NCBI GenBank assembly: GCA_051362555.1
Contig: CM120648.1
Location: forward strand, 15,372,587-15,436,586
From: Lingula anatina
Lineage: Eukaryota > Animalia > Brachiopoda
DNA length: 64,000 bases
Direction of reading: 5' to 3'
Part shown: positions 13,686 to 27,731 of the stretch, piece after piece
Layout: every line of letters starts with the position of its first letter
Numbering within the stretch: position 1 is the first letter of the stretch
The notes under the pieces: generated by a model
What the model was told of the DNA's origin: nothing
The model's database searches: none
The model's input: the letters and a program-made list of their open reading frames with translations, nothing else
Made by a program: the position numbers and the translations under genes

Positions 13686-16600
13686 GACAAAGAGATTGAA
13701 CAGGTAGACTAATGGCTAAACAAATACAAAAGTGGGCACACAATCAAATGGAAGGAAGAATGTAGCCAACATGCAGGAAAAGGGAGGGAGGATAGAATGT
13801 CGCTGCACACCTAGATTTATAAATAAATCGCTGACATATGCGTGGCCACCAAATTATATCGCAGTCATCTTTGAAGGAAAATAATGGATATGATTATGTG
13901 GGGGAATAATTATCGAGGAAAACTTCAACATAATAAATTATTTTTGCATCTGGGTATATAAGTTGTATTGTGTCAGTTTTTATCCCCAAGTCACGTGACT
14001 CTCTCTCACACACCTCCGTGTAACAAGCAGTTTTCTCATAAAAAACACACACGCACAGGGACGGGATTTGTTTATGGCGATTAGATGTTACATTGAGAAA
14101 CTGAAACGTTCCCGGTTCCACGAGTTAATCACCGCTGCCCTCATGCTCCCCGCCATCCATCATGCCGGCCTCCCCACACCTCGACAGCTCCACTCCTAGC
14201 TACCGTACAGAACACAACTCAATACATAGAGATCATAATGGGGTCTTCGCCCAGGGAAACGGTTTAAAAATACAAATTGTTTGCCTCAAGACCAGTGTAT
14301 TTTAAACTTTTTTCTACTTTTCAGTTTATCTGTATTTGGTGTGTGGCTTATTTGGAAGCGGTTTCCACGTGACTTACCAATGTACACGCAATGTTTCTAT
14401 TTTTATTCGTCATTTTTAAGTTTAAAAAATATATCACAAAGCACGATGCTCGGATTTCTACTACCACATATTGTTAAATGCCTGATACGTTAAGTTTTGT
14501 TTATGTATTTTGTTGTCATTGGACTTCCCACGAAAAAGGAGCAAGCGTTAAGTTCACACCAAATTTAGCACCGGGGATAAAACGGTATGCGTTTAACTCG
14601 ACGTCTTTTGATCTAGGACAACGATATTATGCGTCAAACGCACCGGTGGAGGTGAAAAGCAGAAGTACAAATTACATTTAACGCTTAGAATATACCTGTA
14701 GCGTCAGTGTTTTATTTGAAGTGAACCCAGCAGTGAACTCCTGGAACAACATAAACGCCTTCACTTTACTCTCATTTTCCCTAAGTAAGATACGCAACTT
14801 AGATAATGTTTTTTTTAGAATTAACAATTATTATACAGTGCTTGAGATTTCCAACATGTGGGATTTAAATGCTCATTTAGAAATGGAAGGACACAGAATT
14901 AAAATAAACCATGATAATTAACTTGTCTACTAGGTGATAATAATTTCTGCCTTGATTGTATGCTGACTAGCTTAGACATATAGTATCACACTTACTCCTC
15001 TCGCCAGTGCTGGCTGTCCCCAAAAGGAAAGACGTACGTTTGGAATTCAGCAAGCTGGGGGAGGGGCTGCCAATGGATTGTCTGGCTCAATAAGGTCGTC
15101 TCGACACTCCGAAGGTTCGTTGGTCCGAAAAATGGCAACATTTGCATCGTTTTTTAATCAAGTGTTAATTGGACCAAAGGTTCTATAGTGAACATTCGGA
15201 CCACTGACCCTTCGGATTATTGCTACAGCCCCGGCTCAAACAAGCGACGCTCCACTACTTGTTCGCCTTCAGCCCGACTCCTACAGTGTACCACTATACA
15301 CTTTCCTTGCTTATTGTCGGGTCCAGTGGTGTAGAGCCTATTATGAAACCCGACAGTATTAAATTTTATTAACTGGTGCATGAAATAATTGGCGACTGCA
15401 CCCTCCCAAAACATAACCCCGGCAGAACTGCTGAGACGCAAACTGGCCAGCAAATGAATTTTTTCTAAATTAATGAAAAATTGTTCCTACTCTTCTCCCT
15501 CAAATATTTAACTTATGGAAATAACTCCTTCGTTTGTTGTATCCTCAGTTCGACAATTCTACCTGATCCTCTGCCAACAGTTTGTCTCTCCTAACACATT
15601 TCTGACAATCTTTTAGGCACGCGTCACAATCATGTTGAGACAGTACAACTGTCCAAATGTACCTGACTCGGACGAAGTCAGACAGAAGCGAGCACTGTTC
15701 AAGCTTAGAAAGCATTGCTTTGTGAAAAGTGGTCGATAATTGTGGAAAGACAAGAACGTGCGTGAATTCCGTAGAATAAATTCGGATGATTGGAATTTCG
15801 AATTTCGTATTTAAGAGATGTTTGTGTAGAGCAAATAAACAAGTTTTTTTTAGAAATGATAACAAAAGAAACACTGTGCCTAGAATATAGCAGACAAAAT
15901 AGGACCGAGCCTTGGGGCAATATACAGAGATATCTACCCCCAGCAAACATATTATGCCCCGGGACAAATTAAATTATATTATTCTATAATGTAGGCCTAA
16001 CATAGTTATTGTATGTGGAATAATATGATATCCATTGAAAAACTGTATATGCGTAACTGTTTTTAAATGTAACATGGACGTATTGTCGAATTAATTATAA
16101 CTGTTTATTAACAGATACATGGAAGAATTGAGGAATACACCTGCCCATTATTGATCCCAGCACCTGAGTTCAATTTGACAATGAATAAAAATGATCAAAT
16201 ATTTTTTAACCTCCCAGAAACTCTCGTATCTCTCTCGTGTCTCTCTCGTATTCATTGTACAGTTCTACTTGATGTTCAGTAGGAATGCTGTGATTGACGT
16301 GTGTTTACGTTACCGTCAATCAAGCTGTCAAATTTGACAGCTTTGATTGACACCTTTCAATCACAGGAGGTAAAAGTTCCTTTGAGGGATGACGGTGATT
16401 CTCCGCACTTGACAGCTTCCATCAAAGTACGTAAGACTAAACTGTGAGGTATTGGGACCGTCAAAGAAATAAGAAATAATCATCTGGTCATTACATGTTT
16501 ACAAAATTATAAGACAATCTGATAAGCTTTTAAGCATTTAATTAACACAGAGACAATTATATTTTGCTCCAGACAGCGCTACAGCACGGTTTGCACTGTT

Positions 16601-17134
16601 CGCGATTGTACTCATTTTCAACTATTATACTTAGGTCGCTATATAGGGCCTACATGTTTATCATGAATACTGCTGCAACCCAGAAAGCTAATAAAAATAT
16701 TTATTCCCTCTGCGAAAGCTCCTCTCTGTTTCTTTCCAAAACCAGTCTTTTTCCTTTCCCCACCCTTTACTCTAGTTATTATTATAGTAAACCTCTCCTA
16801 TCTTTCAATCACTATGTTGAATATGAAAAAGATTACATGGCATCATAAGGTGCTTCACTCTATCAAGTACGTTTGCATAGCTCCCTCACAAAAAGGTAGT
16901 ATTTCAACTGATGCGCTGCAATTTTATAAATATTTTTTATGGAAGCGATATGCATGCGATGACCTCGTCTCTTCCGTTATGCCCATGTAAGTGTCAAACT
17001 GTGGTTGAGAAGAAGTTGCTTTCGTGATCACCCAAACAACGTTTCCTTTTAATTCCAGGCATTGATTCAGCATGTGACCAACACCCTGTCACGTGAACCG
17101 CCGGATATGACGACATCGACCACCTGACCCGTGC

Positions 17135-20100
17135 GTGTAAATAAAGCGTATAAATATTTATTTATTCTATTTTCTTTGGTTGCCTTTCATTTTGTGGGCC
17201 AGCACTTATGTCTTAATGCTACATTAAAATGAAATAAAACGAGACAAATAAGATTTCTTGTCTTCAACTATCTGTGAAAATTGTTCATTTGATTCATACA
17301 TTACCGATATACGTGACCAAATAATATGAAGGTGTTGTTTTCTGATTCCATTGATTGTTTTCTGTTGTCACGACTTTGTGAGTGGCTGTGACTTTGTATA
17401 TGTGCGCACTGCGTTTTATGGCCCTCATTTCTTATTTGTTACTTAAATATGATACATATACGTTACCAAATAACGTGAAGGTATTGATTTCTGATTTCAT
17501 TGTTTGTTCTCTGTTGTCGTGACTCTGTGGTTGCGTGCGACGTTGTATATGTGCGCACGCTTGTTTTTACGTCGCTTATTCTTCTTTGTAACGTTAAAAT
17601 GATACATACGTTACCATGAAGCGTGTAAATATTTATTCTATTTTCATTGGTTTTCTTTCGCTTTGTGGGCCAACACCTATCTCTTTTATTTGTGTTTCAT
17701 AAAAATAGTGTTGGCGCACAAAAGGAAAGACAACCAATGAAAATAGTTTAAAAAATAGTTACACGCTTTATGGTAACGTATGTATCATTTTAACGTAACA
17801 AAGAAAAATGAGCGACGTAATATACAGCGTCACACGCAGCAACAAAGTCGCGACAACAGAGAACAAACAATGAAAACAGAAAACAAAACCTTCACATTAT
17901 TTGGTAACGTATGTATCGGTGACGTATGTATCATATAAACAATTTCAACAAACGGTTTCAAGACAAGTAATCTTCTCTTGCCCTGCTTTTCCTTCTTAGT
18001 GTCATGTAGTATGCCGTAAGAATAAGGCGTTTGCTCACAAAACGGACAACAAACAATACAAAATAAAAGTATTTATATTCTTATTCGTTTCACTTAATCG
18101 TATATAAATCATTTATTGTCTAATAACTCGCAACGAAATCACCCAAACACCGCAACAAATCCAAATCGTTTTATTTCGTTAACCATTGCTATGATCTGTT
18201 GCATGCCTGTCTGCGTCACAGAATGGGTACATACCACGCATTAACTGTACTTCACCCACTCTCAAAGTATAACCCTCTACCAACTTCTCATATCCAATAC
18301 TTCTGCTATTTTGTTGAACACATTCAAATTTTAACCACATTTTATCATCATCATTCAGTGCCCTGCTGTTCAGCGTTGGCGATCATGTCTCTCCACACAT
18401 CTAGGTCTCCACCTTTTATACATTTCAATAAACCCTTTTAATGGTTGCATTCTTATCTGTATTACCGAATGCGTACATACCACGAATGAATTGTACATCA
18501 GAAACTATCACCTTCTCAGTCTTATCACTACTACCACTTCTTTGTTACCTACACCCTGCTTTCACCTTTTACACTGTTTAAACAACACTCATGAATACTA
18601 CAAAACGTATACCCTTTTTCAATACATCAGCTTATAGCAACTGGCCCCTCTTATACCTTCTCTTATAAACATTACTTCTCTGACCTGCTTATAATCTCTT
18701 AGTATGCCATCGATACTATTTAAATATTCTTTAATCACACATTTGCAATTTACTTCACCAGTCCGACGCAGACGGCTGAAACAGTCTCGAATGAAAACTA
18801 CTCGTCTCGCTATACCTTTTATACTAATGCACAATACTCAGTCTGCGCATCTCAGATTCCCCGCCCTGTGAATTCATTTCCTCACCTGACTCGCTTCTCT
18901 AACACATTTACGTTGACTCGTTAAACGACAATAAATTTAATATGAAGGTGTTGTTTTTTTATTCCATTGATTGTTTTCTGTTGTCACGACTTTGTGAGTG
19001 GCTGTGACTTTGTATATGTGCGCACTACGTTTTACGGCCCTCATTTCTTATTTGTTACGTAAATATGATACATATACCAAATAACGTGAAAGTATTGTTT
19101 TCTGATTTCATTGTTTGTTCTCTGTTGTAGTGACTCTGTGGTTGCGTGCGACGTTGCATATGTGCGCACGCTTGTTTTTACGTCGCTTATTCTTCTTTTT
19201 TACGTTAAAATGATACATACGTTACCATGAAGCGTGTAAATATTTATTCTATTTTCATTGGTTTTCTTTCGCTTTGTGGGCCAACACCTATGTCTTTTTT
19301 TTGTGTGTGTTTCATTAAAATAGAGTTGGCGCACAAAAGGAAAGACAACCAATGAAAATAGATTAAAAAAATATTTACACGCTTTATGGTAACGTATGTA
19401 TCATTTTAACGTAACAAAGAAAAATGAGCGACGTAATATACAGCGTCACAAGCAACAACAAAGTCGCGACAACAGAGAACAAACAATGAAAACAGAAAAC
19501 AAAACCTTCACATTATTTAGTAACGTATGTATCGGTGACGTATGTATCATATAAACAATTTCAACAAACGGTTTCAAGCCAAGTAATCTTCACTTGCCCT
19601 GCTTTTCCTTCTTAGTGTCATGTAGTATGCCGTGAGAATAAGGCGTTTGCTCACAAAACGGACAGCAAACAATACAAAATAAAAGTGTTGATATTCTTAT
19701 TCGTTTCACTTAATCGTATATAAATCATTTATTGTCTAATAACTCGCAACGAAAACACCCAAACACCGCATCAAATCCAAATCATTTTATTTCGTTAACC
19801 ATTGCTATTAGGTGTTGCATGCCTGTCTGCGTCACAGAATGCGTACATACCACGCATTTACTGTACTTCACCCACTCTCAAACTTTAACCCTCTACCAAC
19901 CTCTCATATCCAATACTTCTGCTATTTTGTTGAACACATTCAAATTTTAACCACATTTTATCATCATCATTCAGTGCCCTGCTGTTCAGCGTTGGCGATC
20001 ATGTCTCTCCACACATCTAGGTCTCCACCTTTTATACAATTCAATAAACCCTTTTAATGGTTGCATTCTTATCTGTATTACCGAATGCGTACATGCCACG

Positions 20101-21645
20101 AATGAATTGTACATCAGAAACTATCACCTTCTCAGTCTTATCACTACTACCACTTCTTTGTTACCTACACCCTGCTTTCACCTTTTACACTGTTTAAACA
20201 ACACTCATGAATACTACAAAACGTATACCCTTTTTCAATACATCAGCTTATAGCAACTGGCCCCTCTTAAACCTTCTCTTATAAACATTACTTCTCTGAC
20301 CTGCTTATAATCTCTTAGTATGCCATCGATACTATTTAAATATTCTTTAATCACACATTTGCAATTTACTTCACCAGTCCGACGCAGACGGCTGAAACAG
20401 TCTCGAATGAAAACTACTCGTCTCGCTATACCTTTTATACTAATGCACAATACTCAGTCTGCGCATCTCAGATTCCCCGCCCTGTGAATTCATTTCCTCA
20501 CCTGACTCGCTTCTCTAACACATTTACGTTGACTCGTTAAACGACAATAAATTTAATATGAAGGTGTTGTTTTTTGATTCCATTGATTGTTTTCTGTTGT
20601 CACGACTTTGTGAGTGGCTGTGACTTTGTGTATGTGCGCACTACGTTTTACGGCCCTCATTTCTTATTTGTTACGTAAATATGATACAAATAGGTTACCA
20701 AATAACGTGAAGGTATTGTTTTCTGATTTCATTGTTTGTTCTCTGTTGTCGTGACTCTGTGGTTGCGTGCGACGTTGTATATGTGCGCACGCTTGTTTTT
20801 ACGTCGCTTATTCTTCTTTGTTACGTTAAAATGATACATACGTTACCATGAAGCGTGTAAATATTTATTCTATTTTCATTGGTTTTCTTTCGCTTTGTGG
20901 GCCAACACCTATGTATTTTATTTGTGTTTCATTAAAATGGTGTTGGCGCACAAAAAGAAAGAAAACCAATGAAAATAGATTAAAAAATATTTACACGCTT
21001 TGTGGTAACGTATGTATCATTTTAAAGTAACAAAGAAAAATGAGCGACGTAATATACAGCGTCACACGCAGCAACAAAGTCGCAACAACAGAGAAAAAAC
21101 AATGAAAACAGAAAACAAAACCTTCACATTATTTGGTAACGTATGTATCGGTGACGTATGTATCATATAAACAATTTCAACAAACGGTTTCAAGACAAGT
21201 AATCTTCACTTGCCCTGCTTTTCCTTCTTAGTGTCATGTAGTATGCCGTAAGAATAAGGCGTTTCCTCACAAAACGGACAACAAACAATAAAACCACATG
21301 GTAACTATTTTCATTGGTTGTCTTTCGCGCTAACACTTATGTCTTAATGCTACATTAAAGTGAAAGAAAACGAGACAAATAAGATTTCTTGCCTTCAACT
21401 ATCTGTGAAAATTGTTCATATGATACATACGTTACCGATATATACATGACCAAATAATATGAAGGTGTTGTTTTCTGATTCCATTGATTGTTTTCTGTTG
21501 TCACGACTTTGTAAGTGCGTGCGACTTTGTATATGTGCGCACGTTTGTACGTCGTTCATTCTGTTTGTTACGTCAATATGATACATATAATACGTTACCG
21601 ATACATACGTTACCATGAAGCGTGTAAATATTTATTTATTCTATT
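17135..21645. repeat. Palindrome-rich macrosatellite array (period ~1616 bp), unit 1
   Basis: Long imperfect palindromes centred near 17690, 19305 and 20925 (GCCAACAC...GTGTTGGC cores, arms over 200 bp, ~140-bp internal subrepeat) alternate with a ~860-bp G-poor spacer repeated at 18076-18935 and 19692-20551. Confidence 0.9.
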
Positions 21646-24619
21646 TACCCGACGGCAAGAATAAAGCTAACCTGAAGTGATTGTTAATTAGTGTGAGATG
21701 ACACGTACCAAACAGTGAAATTAACCCGAAATAATGAAATCCAGCTTTTTAAATAATTTTTTTGATGCTTTTAAGTATGAAGAAGGCTTTTGGTTAAATT
21801 TGGAGTTTAGATCGTAAACTTTAACTATTTTTATCGTTTTGAATTACATAGGTGAAGAGTTAATATCAAACAACGAAAGAGAAACATTTGTATCAAAATT
21901 TAGGCTAATTTCTTTAATAATATTTTACGCGTGTTTAATTATAATTCTTCCTACTCTGTATGCTGCAGAACCAAGGAGTCAGTCTTTCGGCCGGCCACCC
22001 TTCGCCCTGTTAATGGGAAGATTGTTTACTGTTGATGAACAAATTTAAAAGGACAGAAATGTTACGGGTGAAGATGGGAGAGATCCTGTATGCAAATATA
22101 GACTGAATTATATTAAAAATATGGCCTACAAAATGTTAATTACTCAAACAACTGAAAAGTCTTTTTGGAAAAAAATGCATTCTATCCATGAACAAAGCAA
22201 AAAGAAATATCAGTTCAATCGTGTTTATAGTATGTATATAGCAATAACGGTTTGAATCCTAATAAATATTACATGTATAAGTACGAGTAGTGTGTATTTG
22301 ATCTTTCCTGAATTCATTAATTCAACTCTATGTGAATTCAATCAATTCATAGCTAAAATGTACAGGAAAGTTGCTTTCATTGCCGAACCTTTTTGGTAAA
22401 GTCACTTTTAAAAATCATTGTTGGCAAGTTCTTATAGTTAAAATCTCCGTATCAGAGTACAGTTATCAAAGTAGAGTGAAGCCACCGCGCATTAAAGGTC
22501 AATTAACGCTTAGACGAACATTTTATTGGGACCACGCTCAGCGTCGATCTTTATCTCAGCGAGCTAGGGTTAGACTCTTTTGTTAGCAGAAAGTAAGACA
22601 CGATAACTACCCGACGTGGCAGGGCATGGTACTATTGTTAACAGAAACCAAACAGCACAAGGATAACAATGTTATTGCCATGGTTACCGCGCCGGGCCGT
22701 ATGAACAACACCCGCAGCGACCCGTAGAGTAAGTAAGGGGACTTTCCGGCGGGTCTGTAGCTCCTACGTCAGTTTTTATCTAAGTAATAAACCTTATTTG
22801 GCTGAAACAAACCAACAGAATCCTGGCAAAGATGGATCGGTCTTTGACTTTGATTTATTTTTATTAAGCAGAACTGCGGCATATACTATCGTTGTACATA
22901 GTGTACTCCAGTTAGAATATCCCCCATGTACCAACCTTTTTGTTCACACAATTAATACAAAGTTATCTGAAACAAAGATTTAGTATTTACAAATATGCTT
23001 ATATCCTGCCTTCATGTTTATATCAGTTTTGTAATTTACAACGATGTGGCAGCCCGGGTTCTGATTTAAACTGAATGTCATATTTCTGAACTATAGATTC
23101 ACTGATCCGCTTCATTTTTTTAACTTGGCTTTTACTTGAAATAAACTTGTCTTTTTCGTGACTATAAATTGCATAAATTTTGTGCGGTGTAAAAGAAATA
23201 TAAAAGCGCAAGAGATGTTCTTGTATTAAAGAAATGAATAAACTTAATGAACCAAACGGGAAGAAAAACGTAATGAGATCTCGCTTGGTTGTTGGACGTT
23301 CGGAAAACCATACGAAATCAATTATGTTGGTTCAGTTAATGTACACGTGTAATTTTTGATGGCTACCCGTTTACATGCCAGAGAGTAATGTCAGTGAAAA
23401 TAACGTAGCATCTGCCAGTGGACCACCACTGAACATTGTCGCACGCATGGAGAATGGAATCGGATTGATATCGTAAGAAAAACATCAGCAGTTGGTTGTT
23501 AGTGCTGTGTTTCTATTTCTTGATAAGTCTGATTATGCGCGACCTTCTGAAACACCTTACAGAGATGGTCAACTGTGCAACTAAGATTTTGAATGGGGTC
23601 ACCTTACTCTGTGTGTTTTAATTAAAAGATGGGAGTTTCCGTTGCTTCCAAAAGTCACAATCTATCACCAAATACTACCCACATTGCATCCGACCACAAA
23701 AGTCACACTCAAGTACTATTCTCATTGCTTCCGAGCACACCAAACACAATCTAATACCAATCACAACTGCACATGTCTATAAAGAGAATCGACATGTTAG
23801 CCTATGTCCTTAGCACTTCCTTTGTATATAGCATTGATAATTGAGTTATACAGGTAGTAAACTACATCAATATACATAACTAGAAATGCACTCAGAGAGC
23901 TAACGCAGACCTCTTCAAAGGAAACATGTTCAAAACGCATTCTTTTTTATTACTAATTAGGAAATTTCGGGTGTTTTATAGTGATTATTAGTTTTCAATA
24001 CCACTTGCAAAGTTTACTTTCACCAGAATGAGTTTCTTGGAGATCTTAAAGAAATAATATGTAATGGCACTGTTGGTGGTAGTGGTTGTCACACCTTATA
24101 AAATCAACATTTCTTTAATACGCAGCTGTATCGCTGCAGATACACACACTTAAGCGCTAGACATGCGAAAGAAAGAAGACATACGATTATAATACATATT
24201 TCTGTGGATTTATGTAATGGGCTTATAAATATGATCCATGTAAAAGTGCTTTTTTCAATATAGATTCTTATGCTCATAATTCCCATGATCATACTTTACA
24301 ATCAACATTGACTGAAAACAGATCAAAACAAAATCACATCTTAATCAATATATTTTATTGCACGAGCGATGTAAAATTTCATACATGTAATATAGAATAT
24401 GTTTCCAAATTGTACCGGTCTATTTATGGGCAGAAAAAGTCCAGATCTTAAGAGGCACATGTACAAGGAACTGTTTGGAATGGGTCACGTGGTTGATGTC
24501 GTCATATCCGCTTGTGCACACTGCATAATTAAGGTTATGCGCGACATCAGTTTCTGGAATAGAGAGAAATGATTGATAATGACTTTTACACACGTACTAC
24601 ATAGATCACGCTAGCTATT

Positions 24620-25255
24620 AAAACGGACCAATAAAAGACTTGGTGGATTGACTTGTTGGAAAAATGTTAACAAAGGTTTCTCAACCAAAATAACCCAGAT
24701 AATTTCCCACCGGAATCCACCCATGGCAAAGTGCCAAAATCCAAAATGGCCGCCACTGCGTAGGAGAGGGTAATTAAATGGAATCTGGGTAACTTTTCTA
24801 ATGTTCAAAGGCATGGACATCCATTTGAAAATAGTTTGGAAGTCATCAGAGGTCAACGTCATGCATAAATGGCAATGTCAGTCTCAAAGAAAGGGCCAAA
24901 TACTTTAAAATACATTAATTTTCTTTATTTTTTTCAGAAATGAACTTACATTATTATGATTTTTGTAGCTCCTATTGAGAACTGCATACAAGAGACCACC
25001 ATTGAGAACGTCAAAACGTCGAATGATACCTGTCACAAGTTTCTACGTTGCCCAGTTTAAGTGCTATGCCCACTTAAATACCCCCCCCCCCCATCCATTG
25101 GCGGCCATTTTGGATTTTGGCACTTTGCTTTGGGTGGATTCTGGTGGAAATTTATCTGGGTTATATTGGCCATAACTGGACCTGATTCTGTTGAGAAACC
25201 TTTGTTAACATTTCTCCAACCTAAGTCGTTCGTTTACTGGGCTGACCCGTTTACA
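24620..25255. mobile_element. Foldback/MITE-like element with long inverted arms downstream of the Gly/Tyr gene (unit 1)
   Basis: The arms AATGTTAACAAAGGTTTCTCAAC...CAAAGTGCCAAAATCCAAAATGGCCGCCA and TGGCGGCCATTTTGGATTTTGGCACTTTG...GTTGAGAAACCTTTGTTAACATT are reverse complements. It is also present in unit 2. Ends are approximate. Confidence 0.7.
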
Positions 25256-25466
25256 GAATAAATAGTGTTGGCCAAAACGATGACATTATCATCACGAATT
25301 ATGTCATATTTTCAGACTGGATCAAAACGAAAATTACCTAAAAACATTTTTTCATCTTTTTCTCTGACTTGTTTTAAAAGCCATTAGGAATACATGCATT
25401 AAGCTGAAGTGATTCCAGTGTACAAACGAGAAAAAAAAATTAAAAATGTGACAGCATAACGTAATC

Positions 25467-26176
25467 TTACTCAATACTGACTCCATCCCAATGGGGCATG
25501 ACTCCATTCATTCCTCTGTATTGAGGCTTTCCGTATCCAGCACTTTTGTATCCATAGCCTCCTCTATTGCTGTTGTATCTGTAGCTGCGATATCCGTTGC
25601 TATCGCCATATCCGTACCCTCGATCTAAATAGCTGTTGTCGCCATTTCCATATCCGCCTGGTTGGTATCCATAGTGAGTCCTTTTACAAAATAAAAAGAC
25701 AAGCAATTTTTCAATTTCATCGGGATAAACTTTCAATATGAAAGAAGAAAACGATACAAGTCAAACATTCTTCAGTGGCACTCCTCTTATAAGACGTGCA
25801 CTAAAGACTGAGCGTATCATTTTCTTTATAAAAATATCATTTCTTCGTATGTGTTTTCTCAATTCTCTTTTTTCTCTGAGCCGACGTCTTCACTCCCGTT
25901 CACCTCCAGCTAATAATGACCACCCAGCTTCACGTCTTACACCACTAGACGTCACTTCCGACACAATCCTGTCTCCTCCGGTTCCCCTTTTAGATAAATT
26001 GAGCATTGGTAAGAGTTAATTGCAGAAATAAACAATTATACAGTAAGTAATAAACCTCTCTCTCACACACACAAACACACACACAATCAAGAACTAACAC
26101 ACCTTTTACTCCCAGAGTCTCGCATAGAGGCTGCTGTCAAAGCCACGAGAGCAGCGAGTAGAATCAGCTTTATCAT
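25467..26176 (-). CDS. Small secreted Gly/Tyr-rich protein, copy 1 (~95 aa; composition like shematrin/prisilkin/mfp-3)
   Basis: Exon 26176-26103 (Kozak GCCGCCAAGATG; MIKLILLAALVALTAASMRDSGSK) joins in phase 2 to exon 25680-25467 (RTHYGYQPGGYGNGDNSYLDRGYGYGDSNGYRSYRYNSNRGGYGYKSAGYGKPQYRGMNGVMPHWDGVSIE*), which has 13 Tyr and 17 Gly in 70 residues. A TATA box lies upstream. The 3' end may instead splice to a third exon near 24520. Confidence 0.78.
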
Positions 26177-26271
26177 CTTGGCGGCAAAAGAGGCGTCGTC
26201 TGCTATCTGTTGAAGTGTGACTTGGAGCTTGACTGAAGTCGAAGTCTGTCAAAACTGGACCAAGACAAGCA

Positions 26272-26278
26272 TTTTATA
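26272..26278 (-). promoter_or_regulatory. TATA box of Gly/Tyr-rich gene copy 1
   Basis: TATAAAA about 100 nt upstream of the ATG. It is conserved in copy 2 (50210-50216) and in the inverted paralogous promoters. Confidence 0.65.
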
Positions 26279-27677
26279 CCATCCCGACACACAACGGGTC
26301 TGCGATTTAATATTTTGGAATCAGTATTTTGCCTTCAGAAATTTTTGATGAAGGTTGGGATGGTTAATTTGATATAAGACACATGCGGAATAAATCACCA
26401 TTTATTTGCGTTTCAATGGGCAACGCATCATCAAACTATGAAAACTAATTCTCTTGACTTACTAACAGTCAGTGTTATTACAATGGAAAGAAAACAGGAG
26501 AGAAATGAAGACCAAGATAAATATATGCTCTTAGCAGCTGTTTCTAACTTTTTTGTTGCAATTATAAGATAGGACAGTCAAACATTTGGCAAGAAAGTGG
26601 CAGTAGCTAGGGGAATTTTTTATATTTATATCTTTATATTTTGACAGAGTGGAAAAAGCGTTTTGTAATAAATTCAAATCATGTTTCAATCACAAGACCA
26701 TGCCACAAGCCCGCGTATCCTTGATACTCATCTAGCAAATGATAAATTGCAATTTCTGCTGATAGATGAATAATACCAATACTGAAAATTGAAAAAAACA
26801 ACACCGATTTGTTTCTTTAATACAGTTATGGCAAGTCTAACCTTATTATCTATTCTGGTAAGAAGTAACAATAGGGTAGGACACTATATTTTACGACCTT
26901 TTCTTTTCTTTAGATAGTAATGCCCAGCCTTGGGTAGATTTAAAAGACGTTTTATGTTACAACTGACAGACTTACATAACAGGGTTCGTACCAAAAAGAT
27001 GTGCTTGTCAGCTTTAAGGCACACTGGTACCTGAACCTGATGGATAAGTGTGATAGCTGCAATCAGCGCCCTCTCTCTCTCTCTCTCTCTCTCACACACA
27101 TGCTAAGATAAAACATGCAGTGCAAATCATCGGCAAGAAATATAATTTTTTAACAGAAGGATGAGCTTTCTGTAATCCACATACATGTCTTTAAATGCAA
27201 AAAGAGACCTCCAAATTCTCCACTTATGTCAAGAGCTACATTTATTAGATTATGAAGCCTCGCAACACACACATACACACACACACGCGCGCGCGCGCGC
27301 GCACGTACATCTACACTAAGAGAGAGAGAGGGAGAGAGGATTGATTTGCATCAAAAGGCCATTAAATGGGTGGAGGATTATCACCTCTATCACCTTTGGA
27401 GACAACAGAGGACATCTAATAGACCTAAGGCTTATTAAACTACTAAGTACCAAAGGCGTTTTGAATCTATTCATGAAAAGGGTAGCAAGTTCGTACTAAT
27501 TTGTCAGCGAAAATGTGGGTTTATCTTTCGGGGAGACGCGTTTATTTGTATTTGATGATTAGCTGTTTTTTTTTTTTTTAAATGGTGTTCATCGGATGAT
27601 TTCGGAAATTCCAGGCTCTGTCATCTTAATTTGTGTGAAAAATGCATTAACAAAATTCTCATAATGTGTAAACTTTA

Positions 27678-27731
<54 letters not shown>

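Noticed and set aside
11000-15500. Short ORFs between the Thr-rich gene and the duplication
   Set aside because: No recognisable motifs or consistent exon chain; appears intergenic, with small foldback relics (e.g. ~15108-15216).
18199-20450. Recurrent 70-80 aa ORFs in the macrosatellite spacer (MHACLRHR..., MCISIKGIAR...)
   Set aside because: They recur only because the DNA is recently repeated. There are no motifs or splice context, and the frames come and go between copies.
17135-21645. Array considered as CRISPR, NUMT/control region or rRNA/tRNA cluster
   Set aside because: Units are hundreds of bp with repeated rather than unique spacers, no tRNA, rRNA or mitochondrial protein motif was recognised, and the context is eukaryotic.
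25738-26019. 93-aa + strand ORF conserved in both units; also a possible extra - strand exon near 25940-25987
   Set aside because: It lies in the Gly/Tyr gene intron, and conservation is explained by recent duplication. No convincing phase-compatible splice pair was found.
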